From Octopus bimaculoides (taxonomy: Eukaryota): a stretch of 64,000 nt of DNA. The position numbers and the translations under genes are program-made. Positions 52,735 through 64,000 of this stretch are shown one piece after another. Position 1 is the first letter of the stretch, and every line of letters starts with the position of its first letter. Below the pieces are notes generated by a model. It did not search any database, was not told the origin of the DNA, and was given only the letters and a program-made list of their open reading frames with translations. The stretch is taken from positions 23,870,633-23,934,632 of the forward strand of contig NC_069002.1 in NCBI RefSeq assembly GCF_001194135.2. Direction: 5' to 3'.

Positions 52735-53120
52735 TGTGGTACTCCATTGGTTGCAACGATGAGGGTTCCAATTGATCCGATCAATGGAACAGCCTGCTAG
52801 TGAAATTAACGTGCAAGTGGCTGCGCACTCCACAGACACATGTACCATTAATGTAGTTCTCTGGGAGATTCAGCGTGACACAGAGTGTGACAAGGCTGAC
52901 CCCTTCAACATACAGGTACAACAGAAACAGGAAGTAAGATTGAGAGAAAGTTGTGGTGAAAGAGTACAGCACAGAAGGGTTCACCACCGCTGCCAGAGCC
53001 TCGTTGAGCTTTAGGTGTTCTTGCTCAATAAACACTCACAACGCTTGGTCTGGGAATTGAAACCGCGATCCTACCATCACGAGTTTTCTGCCCTAACCAC
53101 TGGGCTATTGCACCTCCACC
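52735..53120 (-). mobile_element. SINE family B
   Basis: Reverse complement similar to 14977-15307, with an inserted or alternative middle segment. Confidence 0.7.
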
Positions 53121-53477
53121 ATGCTACAAATAAAGTGATGTGCAATTATTACAATACACACAAACATACACATTGTTGAAATTTTATATGAGAGAAATTG
53201 TAGAACTTGAGTGATATGAAATATCCAGAAAAGTTCATCTATCTTTCATATATAATTAACACAGTAAAATGAACCTTACATGCACATAAATGTATATATT
53301 TACAGAAATACACACACATGCAATATTACATGAGTGGGAAAATTAATTATGCACGCATTATTTGTATTGATTTTGCTTTAGTCATTACACAATGATTTGA
53401 CCTTCAAATATCAGTTACGTTATCATTATGTCCAGTATGGTCACTCTACTCTTTAATGGCTTTAAAGAAGAGTAGTA

Positions 53478-53855
53478 CCTATCTATCATGGCACTCTGTT
53501 GGTTACGACGGCAAAGGTTCCAGTTGATTCTATAAATGGAACAGCCTGCTCATGAAAAATTCATGTGCAAGTGGTTGAGCACTCCACAGACATGTGTGCC
53601 CTTCACGTAGTTCTCCAGGAGATTCGGCATGACACAGAGTGTGACAAGGCTGGTCCTTTCAAATACAGGTAGAAACATTGAGAGAAAGTTGTGGTGAAAG
53701 AGTACAACAGGGTTCGCCACCACCCACTGCTGAAGCCTTGTGGAGCTTAATGTGTTTTCGCTCAATAAACATTCACAACACCTCGTCTGGGAATTGAAAC
53801 TGCGATCCTATGACCACGAGTCCGCTGCCTTAACCACTGAGCCATTGCAACTCCA
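53478..53855 (-). mobile_element. SINE family B
   Basis: Close paralog of 52735-53120. Confidence 0.7.
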
Positions 53856-53889
53856 CAAAGAGTAGTATTTATTATCTATTGATATGTTT

Positions 53890-54830
53890 TTTATGCCTGA
53901 AGGTGATTCAGGGTGTGAAATCCATCGAAAGCTTTCAGCAGTAAATGGAAACATTGTTTTGTTGCTAGGAATTGTCTACAAATAGACTGAAAGACTGAAA
54001 TATTCAAAAGTGGTTGCAGAAGTGTCTCACTTCAAGAAGGAATTGGACAAGTGAGTTTGTGACATGATCCTGTTGAACAGGTGTAACTATTGATGAAGTG
54101 GCAAAGGCTATGCAAATTAGACAACACCCTGACATATGGAAAATTGTTCTGAAATATTCCAACCACTTATGGACTGCTATGGTAACAATGATGACTCCCT
54201 GGAAAAAAATTATTATTGATGACAAAGCAGTTACACTTCTACAAGCTGGATTACTGAAAAGAAATGTCCACAATCTCAATGAAAGAAGAAAAAAACATCA
54301 AAAGGCAATGAACAGAAATGAAAATTACAATGTTCCAGAATTAGCAAAAAAGGAAAGAAACATATTTGAGATAACCTTATCAGGAGATAATGAGCAACAA
54401 ACACTGCTCGTTATAGTGAGGCAGTGAAGGACAAGTTAAGTTGAAACAAAAGTTTAAGACTACTTTCCAAAAGCATTCTGTTGTTACAGACAATGCCCAC
54501 AAATTGTTGATGTTCAGAGTATTAGAATCTTCCAGAAACAGAAATTCCAAATTCTGGAGTGTCCTTCTTTATAGTCCAGATCATGTTTGTTCAATTTATC
54601 ACCAGTTTTCACCATCGAAACATACCTCAAGAGGTTGAAGATTAATTTCAAGAAATGAGAGACGTGGTACATATATGGCTTATATCTCAACTCAAAATGT
54701 TTTTTGAGAGTGTAAAAAAGCTTATGCAGACATAGGACTGTGTTAGAAAGCAAGAGGACTGTGCTGGAAATGATGCACTCTATGGTTGTGATGAACTTTT
54801 AAATATAAATGATAAAAAGTTTGGAATGTT
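53890..54830 (+). mobile_element. Heavily degenerate mariner transposase, near full length
   Basis: EIHRKLSA, VTIDEVA.AMQI, LYSPD and FFESVKKLMQ remnants are collinear with a mariner transposase; many indels and stops. Confidence 0.75.
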
Positions 54831-54951
54831 GCTCTACTTTCAAGCAAACAAAGAAGGAAAAGATTAAGGTTCACTTAATAACAACAAAAACCCAATTCCT
54901 CTTTCAAGTTCAGACCAGCGCCACGCACACACACGCACACACACACACACA

Positions 54952-55002
<51 letters not shown>

Positions 55003-55040
55003 NNNNNNNNNNNNNNNNNNNNNNNNNNNNNNNNNNNNNN

Positions 55041-55102
<62 letters not shown>

Positions 55103-55220
55103 TGTCCATATATGTATATACAATTGATATTCAATAGTTTTCTTCTTCACTTGGATTTTCTTACATTTCTATGTTAAGAACTGCTTCATTATCATGAAAA
55201 AACAGAGTTTTTATATTTAA

Positions 55221-55440
55221 CCCTTTAGTGTTCAAATTAATTTGTCAAAAGTAATCCTTATTTATTCACATTTCAAAAAATTTATCTGATATTATTTTGT
55301 AGCTTCAAGATAGGAAAGATGTAATTGCTTATTTTTAGAATGACATTGCAGGGTAGGTGTGAGAGGCTGGTTCTAGCCAGTTTGAGCATAAAATGTGTTG
55401 AATATTTGGGCCGGATACAGCCAGTTTAAACACTAAAGGG
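55221..55440. mobile_element. piggyBac-type MITE, second family
   Basis: TTAA on both sides (55217-55220, 55441-55444); perfect TIRs CCCTTTAGTGTT / AACACTAAAGGG. Confidence 0.85.
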
Positions 55441-55499
55441 TTAAAAGTGGGAGTTACTCAATATGTAAGTGAAGTTGTCGAAGTGGCTGATGACAGTAC

Positions 55500-55945
55500 C
55501 ACCTCATTGGCACCTGTGCCGGTGGCACCTAAAAAGCACCATTCAAGCGTGGTCATTGCCAGTGCTGCCTGACTGGCTGCCATGATAGTGGCACATAAAG
55601 AGCACCATTCGAATGTGGGCGATGCCAGTGCTGGCTGACTGGTCCCATGCTGATGACACGTAAAATGCACCATTCAAGCATGGTCATTGCTAGTGCTGCC
55701 TGATTGGCTCCCATGCCGGTGGCACATAAAAAGCACTATTCAAGCGTGGTTGATGCCAGTACCACCTGACTGGCCCTCATGCCAGTGGCACGTAAAAAGT
55801 ACCCACTACACTCTCAGAGCAGTTGGTGATAGGAAGGGCATCTAGCTGTAGAAACTTTGCCAGATCAGATTGGAGCCTGGTGCAGCCTTTTGGCTTGCCA
55901 GCCCTCAGTCAAACCATTGAACCCATGCTAGCATGGAAAGATGAC
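55500..55945 (+). mobile_element. Retroelement family D with ~4.5 tandem 65-66 nt units
   Basis: GCAC anchor at 55536, 55602, 55667 and 55733. Confidence 0.75.
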
Positions 55946-56683
55946 TACAAAATATAGTTGTTTTACAAGAAAGCAAAATTTCTTGTGATTGCTTAAAAAG
56001 GGCTAGAATGACAATGCTAGAATGTATTTGAAACAATGGACAACAGTCAAAATATCAATGGATGGGTAAATAAGCATCATTAAAGTGAAACCATGCATTG
56101 GTAGGTAAACAAAGATATCAACAAATAGAAAAGAGGTAAGGGACCATCACCTTTCAAGTAACTCAGAATAGGTGAAGGTGAGCTTGCCAAAGTTTAATGC
56201 CGTTTAAATATAGAAATTAAGATAGTTTGGTATTGGATATTCATTGCTTACAGTGTTCCTAGTCAATTTAATCACCGTTGCAGGTGGACAGTTGAAATAA
56301 ATAAATAGACAAAATCCTTTCACTTTTATAGTATTCTCTAACCAAAACACTCAATACACACCAATACACATAAAAAGATATATAAAGTAATAATACACAA
56401 TTATAACATAGTAATCAATCAAAAAAATGTGAAAACCACTAAAAAATATGGAAGACACTACATACAAAAAACTATGTATATACAAGGAATTAGAGAAAAA
56501 ACCCATATAAACCACCGTTTTTTCCCAGTTTGTCCATTTACACAGGAGCTCTGGGCAAAATGTTATAATGCATGACCATCCTTAGGACATAATGTGTGTA
56601 AAGTTTGATGAAATTCAGTTGAGAATTGTGGAAATATATGCATTAGTCAATATACACACACACATATGCATATATATATAGTA

Positions 56684-56825
56684 ACTGAGGGTGCTATTCA
56701 GCACCAGTTGTGCTAGAAATAAGAGTCAAAACAACTCATAGCCACAATAAAATGGTGCTTATTATGGCTATGAGTTGTTTTGGCTCTTATTTCTAGCAAT
56801 ACCAGTACTGAATAGCACTCTCAGT
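56684..56825. repeat. Fold-back of ~67-bp arms with ~8-nt loop
   Basis: ACTGAGGGTGCTATTCAG...CATAGCCACAATAA pairs with TTATTATGGCTATG...CTGAATAGCACTCTCAGT; the inner ~40 bp has only 2 deviations. Confidence 0.9.
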
Positions 56826-56875
56826 AGTTTTAGTGACATTACCTTTCGGTTGAAAAGTTGCTAACAAGTCACCCT

Positions 56876-56960
<85 letters not shown>

Positions 56961-56995
56961 CACACACAAATAGGTGTGCATTATATATATATATA

Positions 56996-57295
56996 AGCAC
57001 CATTCGAGCATGGTCATTGCCAGTGTCGCTTAATTGCCTCCCATGCTGGTGGCACATAAAAAGCACTATTCAAGCGTGGTTGATGCCAGTACCGCCTGAC
57101 TGGCCCTTGTGCCGGTGGCCCGTAAAAGACACACACTACACTCTTGAAGTGGTTGGCGTTAGGATGGGCATCCATCTGTAGAAACTTTGTCAGATCATGT
57201 TGGAGCCTGGTGCAGCTTTTAGGCTTGCCAGCCCTCCGTCAAACCATCCAACCCATGCCAGCATGGAAAGCAGACGTCAAACGACGACGATGATG
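56996..57295 (+). mobile_element. Retroelement family D with two tandem units
   Basis: Same unit; tail GCAGACGTCAAACGACGACGATGATG. Confidence 0.75.
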
Positions 57296-57749
57296 ATATA
57301 TATACATACATGTGTGTGTATGTGTGTTACATGCATACACAGAAACAATTTTATTTTTTTATAAGAGAGTTTTTTGTTTTTATCTTACTGTTTCTTTAAA
57401 AAAATATTTTTTTCATATGTATGGTGACTTTTGAATCACCCTGTAGAACATATGAGTGCATATATATATATATATATATCATCATCATCATCATCATCGT
57501 TTAACGTCCGCCTTCCATGCTAGCATGGGTTGGACGATTTGACTGAGGACTGGTGAAACCGGATGGCAACACCANNNNNNNNNNNNNNNNNNNNNNNNNN
57601 NNNNNNNNNNNNNNNNNNNNNNNNNNNNNNNNNNNNNNNNNNNNNNNNNNNNNNNNNNNNNNNNNNNNNNNNNNNNNNNNNNNNNNNNNNNNNNNNNNNN
57701 NNNNNNNNNNNNNNNNNNNNNNNNNNCTGAATTTACAGGGTGGCGGTTT

Positions 57750-57815
<66 letters not shown>

Positions 57816-57961
57816 CACTAATCATTTCTAAGTCTTGTCAATTCAGCTGGATATGTTTTTTTGAAGAATTTCCTTCACAAGTATATGAATTTGAATGAGT
57901 GTAAGAGAGAGCAAATAACAAAATAAATGAAAAAAATTCTGAATTTACAGGGTGGCGGTTT

Positions 57962-58001
<40 letters not shown>

Positions 58002-59009
58002 TAGATAGATAGATAGATAGATAGACAGGTGTATGTAGGTACAAGTGTACATGTATTCAAAATGTAAAGGTTAAAAATATACAGATGTTCATAAATCCAC
58101 AGCAAAAAACACAAAAGATACCAAAGGGAGACAATACTAGAGTAATAAGTTCCAGATTACAATATTTCAAATACAAAACGGAATCAATGAAAACCAGCAT
58201 GCAAGAAGTAATATACAAATGGAAGTTCCAAAATGCTAAATAATCAAAATTTAATGATTTTAGAATAGTACAGTGTTATAATTTCATAGTCACATAATTT
58301 TATGTTACAAATTTGATAATCATATAATTTTGTTAATTTTAAAATGCTGCAAATTTGTAAAATTTTTAATTTCATAATGTTACAACTTTGTTATTGTAGT
58401 CTGTAAGTCTCAACATAATTTTCATTCAGTATTCTATACTTTTGCAATTTTCATGATGATAATGATGAACAGGAGCTAGAATGTGCAATTTAACGAAGGA
58501 AAAAAAAAAAATCAACAATGTATAATAGAAGTAGGTATATATCGCATATATGTACACTATTTCCTGTTATCTCTCATGAAAATGTAAGATTTATATTAAA
58601 ATATAATTTATTATATGCCTTCATTTCTGTACCTTATGTGCATTGCATATCTTGCATTCATCCAAGTAACGTTATGGCTGTTATACATGCACACACACTC
58701 AGACAGACAGATATTGTATCTACTTAAAGGAAACACACAAATACTTATATTTATATGGATACGGTGTATATCCACACAGATATAAAATGGTAACGAGGAC
58801 ATCTGTACATAGAAGAGTGTTATTCTCTTTTATTGACAAAGCATAAGATTAAAATATGTACAGTATAAAAGAAACCTTAATCATCATTAGATATTCAAAT
58901 AAACTAATTAATTAAAAGATCAGGATCCAAAGCAAAACAGTTGTAAATATTATGGAACAACGTCATTAGAAACTACAAGTATTAAAATACATGGACAATG
59001 CATAAACTA

Positions 59010-59217
59010 CATAACTTGTTTCAGTTATTAGATTGCAGCCATGCTGGGGCACCACTTTGAAGAACTTTTAGTCAATTGAATCAAACCCATTCCATTTTTT
59101 GTTTTTAAGTCTGATATTTATTCTATTGATGTCTTTTGCCAAACCACCAAGTTATGGGGATGTAAACAAACCAATACCTGTTGTCAAGCAGTGGTGGTGG
59201 AACAAACAAAAACTTAC

Positions 59218-59261
<44 letters not shown>

Positions 59262-59415
59262 TGGGCTCCTTTCAGTTTCCATTTACTAAATCTATTCAAG
59301 TCTTTGGTTGTCCCAAGGCTGTAGTAGAAGGCCCTTGCCCAAGGTGCCACATAGTGGGACTGAACCTGAAACCATGTGAATGGGAAGCAAGCTTCTTACC
59401 ACACAGCTATACCTT
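59010..59415 (-). mobile_element. SINE family A
   Basis: Reverse complement of the family head and tail with a central (CA)n. Confidence 0.7.
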
Positions 59416-59943
59416 AGTTGAAGTATAATTGAAAATATAGTCATAAACCACCTCCTCATCATTCTACATCATTCTGTGTTTGTATGTATGTATGTGTGTA
59501 TATGTATATATCTTTCATCATGTTGAACAATTAATTCCTTCACAATTTTTTCTCTCCCTTTTTTGTTCAGTCTCTATTCTTTTCCTCTCAGTTCTTTTTG
59601 TTGAAGAGCTTAGGCTCAAAATGTCAAAGACTTTTCCCATTCTTCCCGAACGTCAAATACATCTGCTTGTTGTTCCTTCACCTGTCTTTGTCTTCTGTAA
59701 ATTTGAACTACACACACATACACACATAGAATGAGTTTCTTGTAGTTTCCATTTATCAAATCCACTCACAAGGTTTTGGTTGGCCTGGGGCTACAGCAGA
59801 AGACACTCCTGCTTCGCCTATGGTGCTGCACAATGAGAATGAACTTGCAATCAAGTGGTTAACAAGTTAACCATTTAACAACACAACCCCCAAAATATTT
59901 TTCCTGTTTTTACTGATTTGTTTTGTTTCAATCTATTTTACAG

Positions 59944-60099
59944 GGTTGGAACCATTGCTGTTTAAGTCGAAGCATGTATGTATGCGAATACATTACAATG
60001 GTCTTACTGAAGAAGGTTTCTTTCACACATTTCGTGTACCAAGCACTCGGCTCTTCAATAATGTTGTGGTTTCAGTGAAGAATGAAGACGACGCTAAAG
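59944..60099 (+). CDS. INPP5F: INPP5F/SAC2 internal exon (LEPLLFKSKHVCMRIHYNGLTEEGFFHTFRVPSTRLFNNVVVSVKNEDDAK)
   Basis: Acceptor tctattttacAG, donor GTAAAG; 156 bp, phase 1-1; in frame with the 21304-21377 exon; resembles recalled human GPEPTLFGKPKFSCMRLHY...GYFHTLR. Missed by the ORF track. Confidence 0.92.
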
Positions 60100-61120
60100 G
60101 TAAAGGAACATGAAAGTGTTTGTGTGTGTGTGAATGTACACAGCTCTCTTTCTCTCTCACTCCATATCCACTTATTTTTGTTTTCACTTTCACACAAACA
60201 TACACACATGCATGCAGTCATGCATACACACACACATCTCCAAAACTTTATGGAAGTTTAATATGCCAACTCTACACTGCTACTGGTTCTTTGTTTGTTA
60301 AAAACCAAATTCCTACTCATAAAAAAAAAAATCACCGAAAACTTAAAAAGAAAACAAAATGAGATGTAAATCGACCCAGAAGCACATGGGGACACACAAA
60401 CTCACACCTTTATAAATACAAAAGACTTTCCAATTGATTTTGACAAATCATTGTACTTTTGCAGTTCATGTACACGCATGCATACACACACAGATTATAT
60501 ATAACACACAAACACTTATGTATGTATAGCAGTGTTCCAGTTGTTTGGTCAATGGAACTGGTGGTTAATTGAATTACTGTGATGGAATAGTCCACATATA
60601 CTTGTGTTCTTAACATAATTCTCAAGCAGAATCAATGCAACAAGTCCTGGTCCTTGAGTCACTGTTATAGTCTATTTGACAGGCTTTCAAGTAGTTGCTG
60701 TTAATCTGATTGTACTGACGCATGTCTAACCAGTCCTAGAATTAGGGGAAAGAGGCAGCACAATGGGATCTAAGAAACGGGTGATTGCCAAGTAAAAAAT
60801 CGTAACTTCAAAACCATGTCATTGTCTTAATGCACCTACACACAAACACACGGTTAATACACACAAACACATTCTTATTGATAAATATGCACATGAACAA
60901 GCTTACACACAGATACATACTCTTACTTACGGACATGTACCTGCATTCAGTTACACATCTGGTCTTAGTAACTCCCATACATACTTAAGTCCACTCAGCT
61001 GGCAAAATTAAGGGGCCAGCCTTGTCATATTCAGTATGTCACTCTGAATTTCCCTGAGAACTACATTAAGGGAACACATGTCTGTTGAGTGCTCAGCCAT
61101 TTGCACGTTAATTTCATGAA

Positions 61121-61304
61121 GGCAACGAGCTGGCAGAATCGTTAGCACATTGGGTGAAATGCTTAGCAGTATTTCGTCTGTCTTTACATTCAACTTTGCC
61201 TTTCGAGGTTGATAAATTAAGTACCAGTTGCATACTGGAGTCTATCTAATTGACTGGACCCCTCCTCAAAAATTTCGGGCCTTGTGCCTAGAGTAGAAAA
61301 AAAA
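61121..61304 (+). mobile_element. SINE family C inserted into a family B SINE
   Basis: 11-bp TSD AATTTCATGAA at 61110-61120 and 61305-61315; short A tail. Confidence 0.8.
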
Positions 61305-63819
61305 AATTTCATGAACGAGTTGTTCTGTTGATCGAATCAACTGGAACACTTATAACCAACAGAGTGCCCCAACCTCACATCGTTAAATATATAGAGAAAA
61401 AGCACATTTATGTAAACAGACACACATTCACTTAAACACAGACACTGATACATACATAGGTGCTTATATGTACATATGTACTTCTAGATACAGTTAGAGA
61501 TACACAAACGCACACCTAGATACATATTTGCACAACCCTTTCTGTTGAAGAGCTTAGGCTCAAAACGTCAAAGACTTTTCCATTCTTCCTGAGTGTCAAA
61601 CAAACATTGTACTCATTGTACTCTTACAAACCCCGTATGTAGAAACTTCAACCAACACATACACATAGACTTACCTTTTCTTACTCATTGACACACATAC
61701 AGGTATCTAGGTCCACTGACAGACGTGCACGTCCATACCATCACATGCTCACACACCTAGGCTAATCAACAAGCAAACACCTGCACACCGACAAGCATAC
61801 AGTTATCCAGACACATTGAAAGGCAAATGCCATCTTATCAATAAAGACATACACGCCAAAATTCCTCAAGAGGCCAACATCTTCACCAACACACACATAC
61901 ATGTATCTAGGCACATCAGTAAGCAAACACCTACACACCAACCCACAGGGAACACCCACACAACAAAAGTCAGGCTTATAACAAGACTATCAATATTTCT
62001 ACCCAGTCATGCTTTAAAGTTATAATAAAACTACTCCATTGTTCATTCAATAAAACCTTTTATACTAATCTTGTCATCTAAGATCTGCAGAAATGTTGAA
62101 GCATTGCTTCAGTAATGACATCTAATGAGAGGAAACAGATCTGTAATTGGCTCTTTTAGTAAATTATTATACTGTGACTGGAAGGAAATAGAATTTACTT
62201 AGAAAACTAAAATTGATATGTATTGAGCTATAGCCTTGTCTTCATTTATGGATCTGAAATCGCCTCTTAATATGCCCCATGGGGAACAATACTTTCCATA
62301 GATGTTGCTTGCATTAACATTAACATATGTGGATATATGTGGACAGACAAAGTCTGTCCTGTAGATGGTCAGCAATTTTGAAGGGAGGGAGAGAAGTTAA
62401 TTCCATCTACACCAATACTAAAAAGGTGAAAGGCAAAGTTGATCTCAGCATACTTTGAACTATACGCACAAGGCCTGAAGTTTTGTGGGAGAAGGCTAGT
62501 TGATTTCATTGGCCCCAGTGTCAAACTGGTACTTTTCTCATCAACCCCGAAAGTATGAAAGGTAAAATTGACTTCAGTGGCATTTGAACTCAGAACGTGG
62601 GTCCTCCATGATGGTGTTCCTCACACTAGGGGCCGAGTGCGGTGTCTGAAAGGGTTCTTTGTCACACAGTTCCCACAGTTCACTGCAAGAAAATGCCTGT
62701 CAATGTTGCACTGCCATTCTGACATTAGACCAAAATACTGGAAGTAAATCTGATCACCATACTTCTAAATGATTTCTACCAAAACATTCAGTAATCACTT
62801 TCCATTCGAGAGAGAGAGAGAGAGCGAGAAAGTGTGTGTGTGTGTTGCTGTAATGTGGAAAATGTTACACGTGTTAAGTGGAATCAACACTGTATGAAGT
62901 TGAACAGAGTCTCTGGACCCCAATCTTCAGAAAGTTTTGAAGTTAATGAAGCTTTCTAATAAATGTATTCATCAGATTAGATGATCCTGAAAATAATATT
63001 AGCAATAGAATAGTGAAAATGCATGAAAAAGAAAAAAAATTGTCGAGAGGTAGGGGTGGGGGTAGATTAAAAGAAGGAAACAATAGACAGAAGAAAGAGA
63101 AAAAGAACAGAAAAGAAAAGGCTAAGAAAAAGCAAGTAGTAGTAGTAGTAGTAGTAGTAAAGGTAAAAAAAAAGAGAAAGGAATGATTCTCAAAGAATTC
63201 AGCCAACTTTGATTAAGTGACATTTATGGGTAGAAAAAGAATTTTATATGGATGACTACATACAACCTACTTATCTTGTGGATTGGCACTTAATTTGGTT
63301 TACTGGAGAAATGTAGAATATGTTCTAGAAATATGGGGAGGGGATGGATTCAATGTTTTTCTTCTGCCAAATATAACATATTTCAACCTGTCTTTTGTTT
63401 TGATTAACAGACTCCTAATATAGTTTTGTGAAATGAGGGATGGTTCAGGGTTTTATCAATTTGAAGTTGATTGTTTTATTTCTTGAAGTTAATAGTGCAT
63501 ACATGTACATGTAGGAGGGTTCAAGATGTTTATGTTACACCCACCACATGTTATAATGTTTGCACACACACACACACAGAGGTTTCACTAATAGATTTGC
63601 ACACACATATTTACATATAGCTCACATATCCACATAAACAGGGTGCATAAGATATTTGAGGACAGATTTTTGTTTATAAAAAAACAGATATATAATAAGA
63701 AAACTTTATTTATCAAAAAATGCTATGAGGATAAAAACAAACCTTTTCTATGTTATTCAATAAAGCCACCTTCAGCTTCAACAACTGCTTCTGTATGAGA
63801 TCAAAATCATCTACATGCT

Positions 63820-63975
63820 CGAATCAAGCGGTCCTCTCAGAGCAGTTGGCGTTAGGAAGGGCATCCAGCTGTAGAAACTTTGCCAGATCAGAGTGGAGCC
63901 TGGTGCAGCCTTCAGTCAAACCGTCGAACCCATGCCAGCATGGAAAGCAGACGTTAAACGATGATGATAATGATA
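63820..63975 (+). mobile_element. Retroelement family D, 3' part
   Basis: Ends GGAAAGCAGACGTTAAACGATGATGAT. Confidence 0.7.
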
Positions 63976-64000
63976 TATATATATTTATTATATAAGCACA

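Noticed and set aside
57727-58000. Direct repeat CTGAATTTACAGGGTGGCGG...(TA)n(GA)n
   Set aside because: The first copy abuts a gap and is identical to the second; probable assembly artefact.
62270-62370. Helitron-like 3' end (GGACAGAC-AAA-GTCTGTCC hairpin then TGTAG)
   Set aside because: The hairpin is real, but the terminus is not CTRR and I could not find a 5' end; too little support for a call.
62906-62962. Next SAC2 exon candidate (ESLDPNLQKV...)
   Set aside because: Weak acceptor and donor and no clear similarity to the expected SAC2 continuation; the next exon is probably outside the window.
354-63995. Most ORFs in the supplied track (HTHT, YIYI, CVCV, poly-X)
   Set aside because: They are translations of dinucleotide microsatellites, SINE bodies or N gaps and show no protein-like signal.

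Overview
Eukaryotic, AT-rich, repeat-dense genomic window with many N gaps next to (TA)n tracts. The SINE, LINE and microsatellite landscape suggests an octopus or other coleoid cephalopod (inference). One protein-coding gene is supported: four phase-compatible + strand exons (4795-5028, 12072-12143, 21304-21377, 59944-60099) of an INPP5F/SAC2 phosphoinositide phosphatase, covering the end of the SAC region and the hSac2 region. The gene starts and ends outside the window and has a ~38.6 kb intron. The rest is intronic: several tRNA-derived SINE families, RTE-type LINE remnants, Tc1 and mariner transposase remnants, piggyBac-type and hAT-type MITEs, and Penelope-like element (PLE) remnants. 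Best leads: (1) eight copies of a minimal type I hammerhead-ribozyme motif in PLE-derived repeats, always in pairs (three divergent inverted pairs, one tandem pair), three loci also carrying a tRNA-like Pol III promoter segment; (2) a ~333-bp-period array of head-to-head tRNA-like units joined by conserved AT-rich hairpins (17.5-18.7 kb); (3) two long intronic fold-backs (9509-9807, 56684-56825). All calls were made by eye. Repeat boundaries are approximate and family names are unverified.
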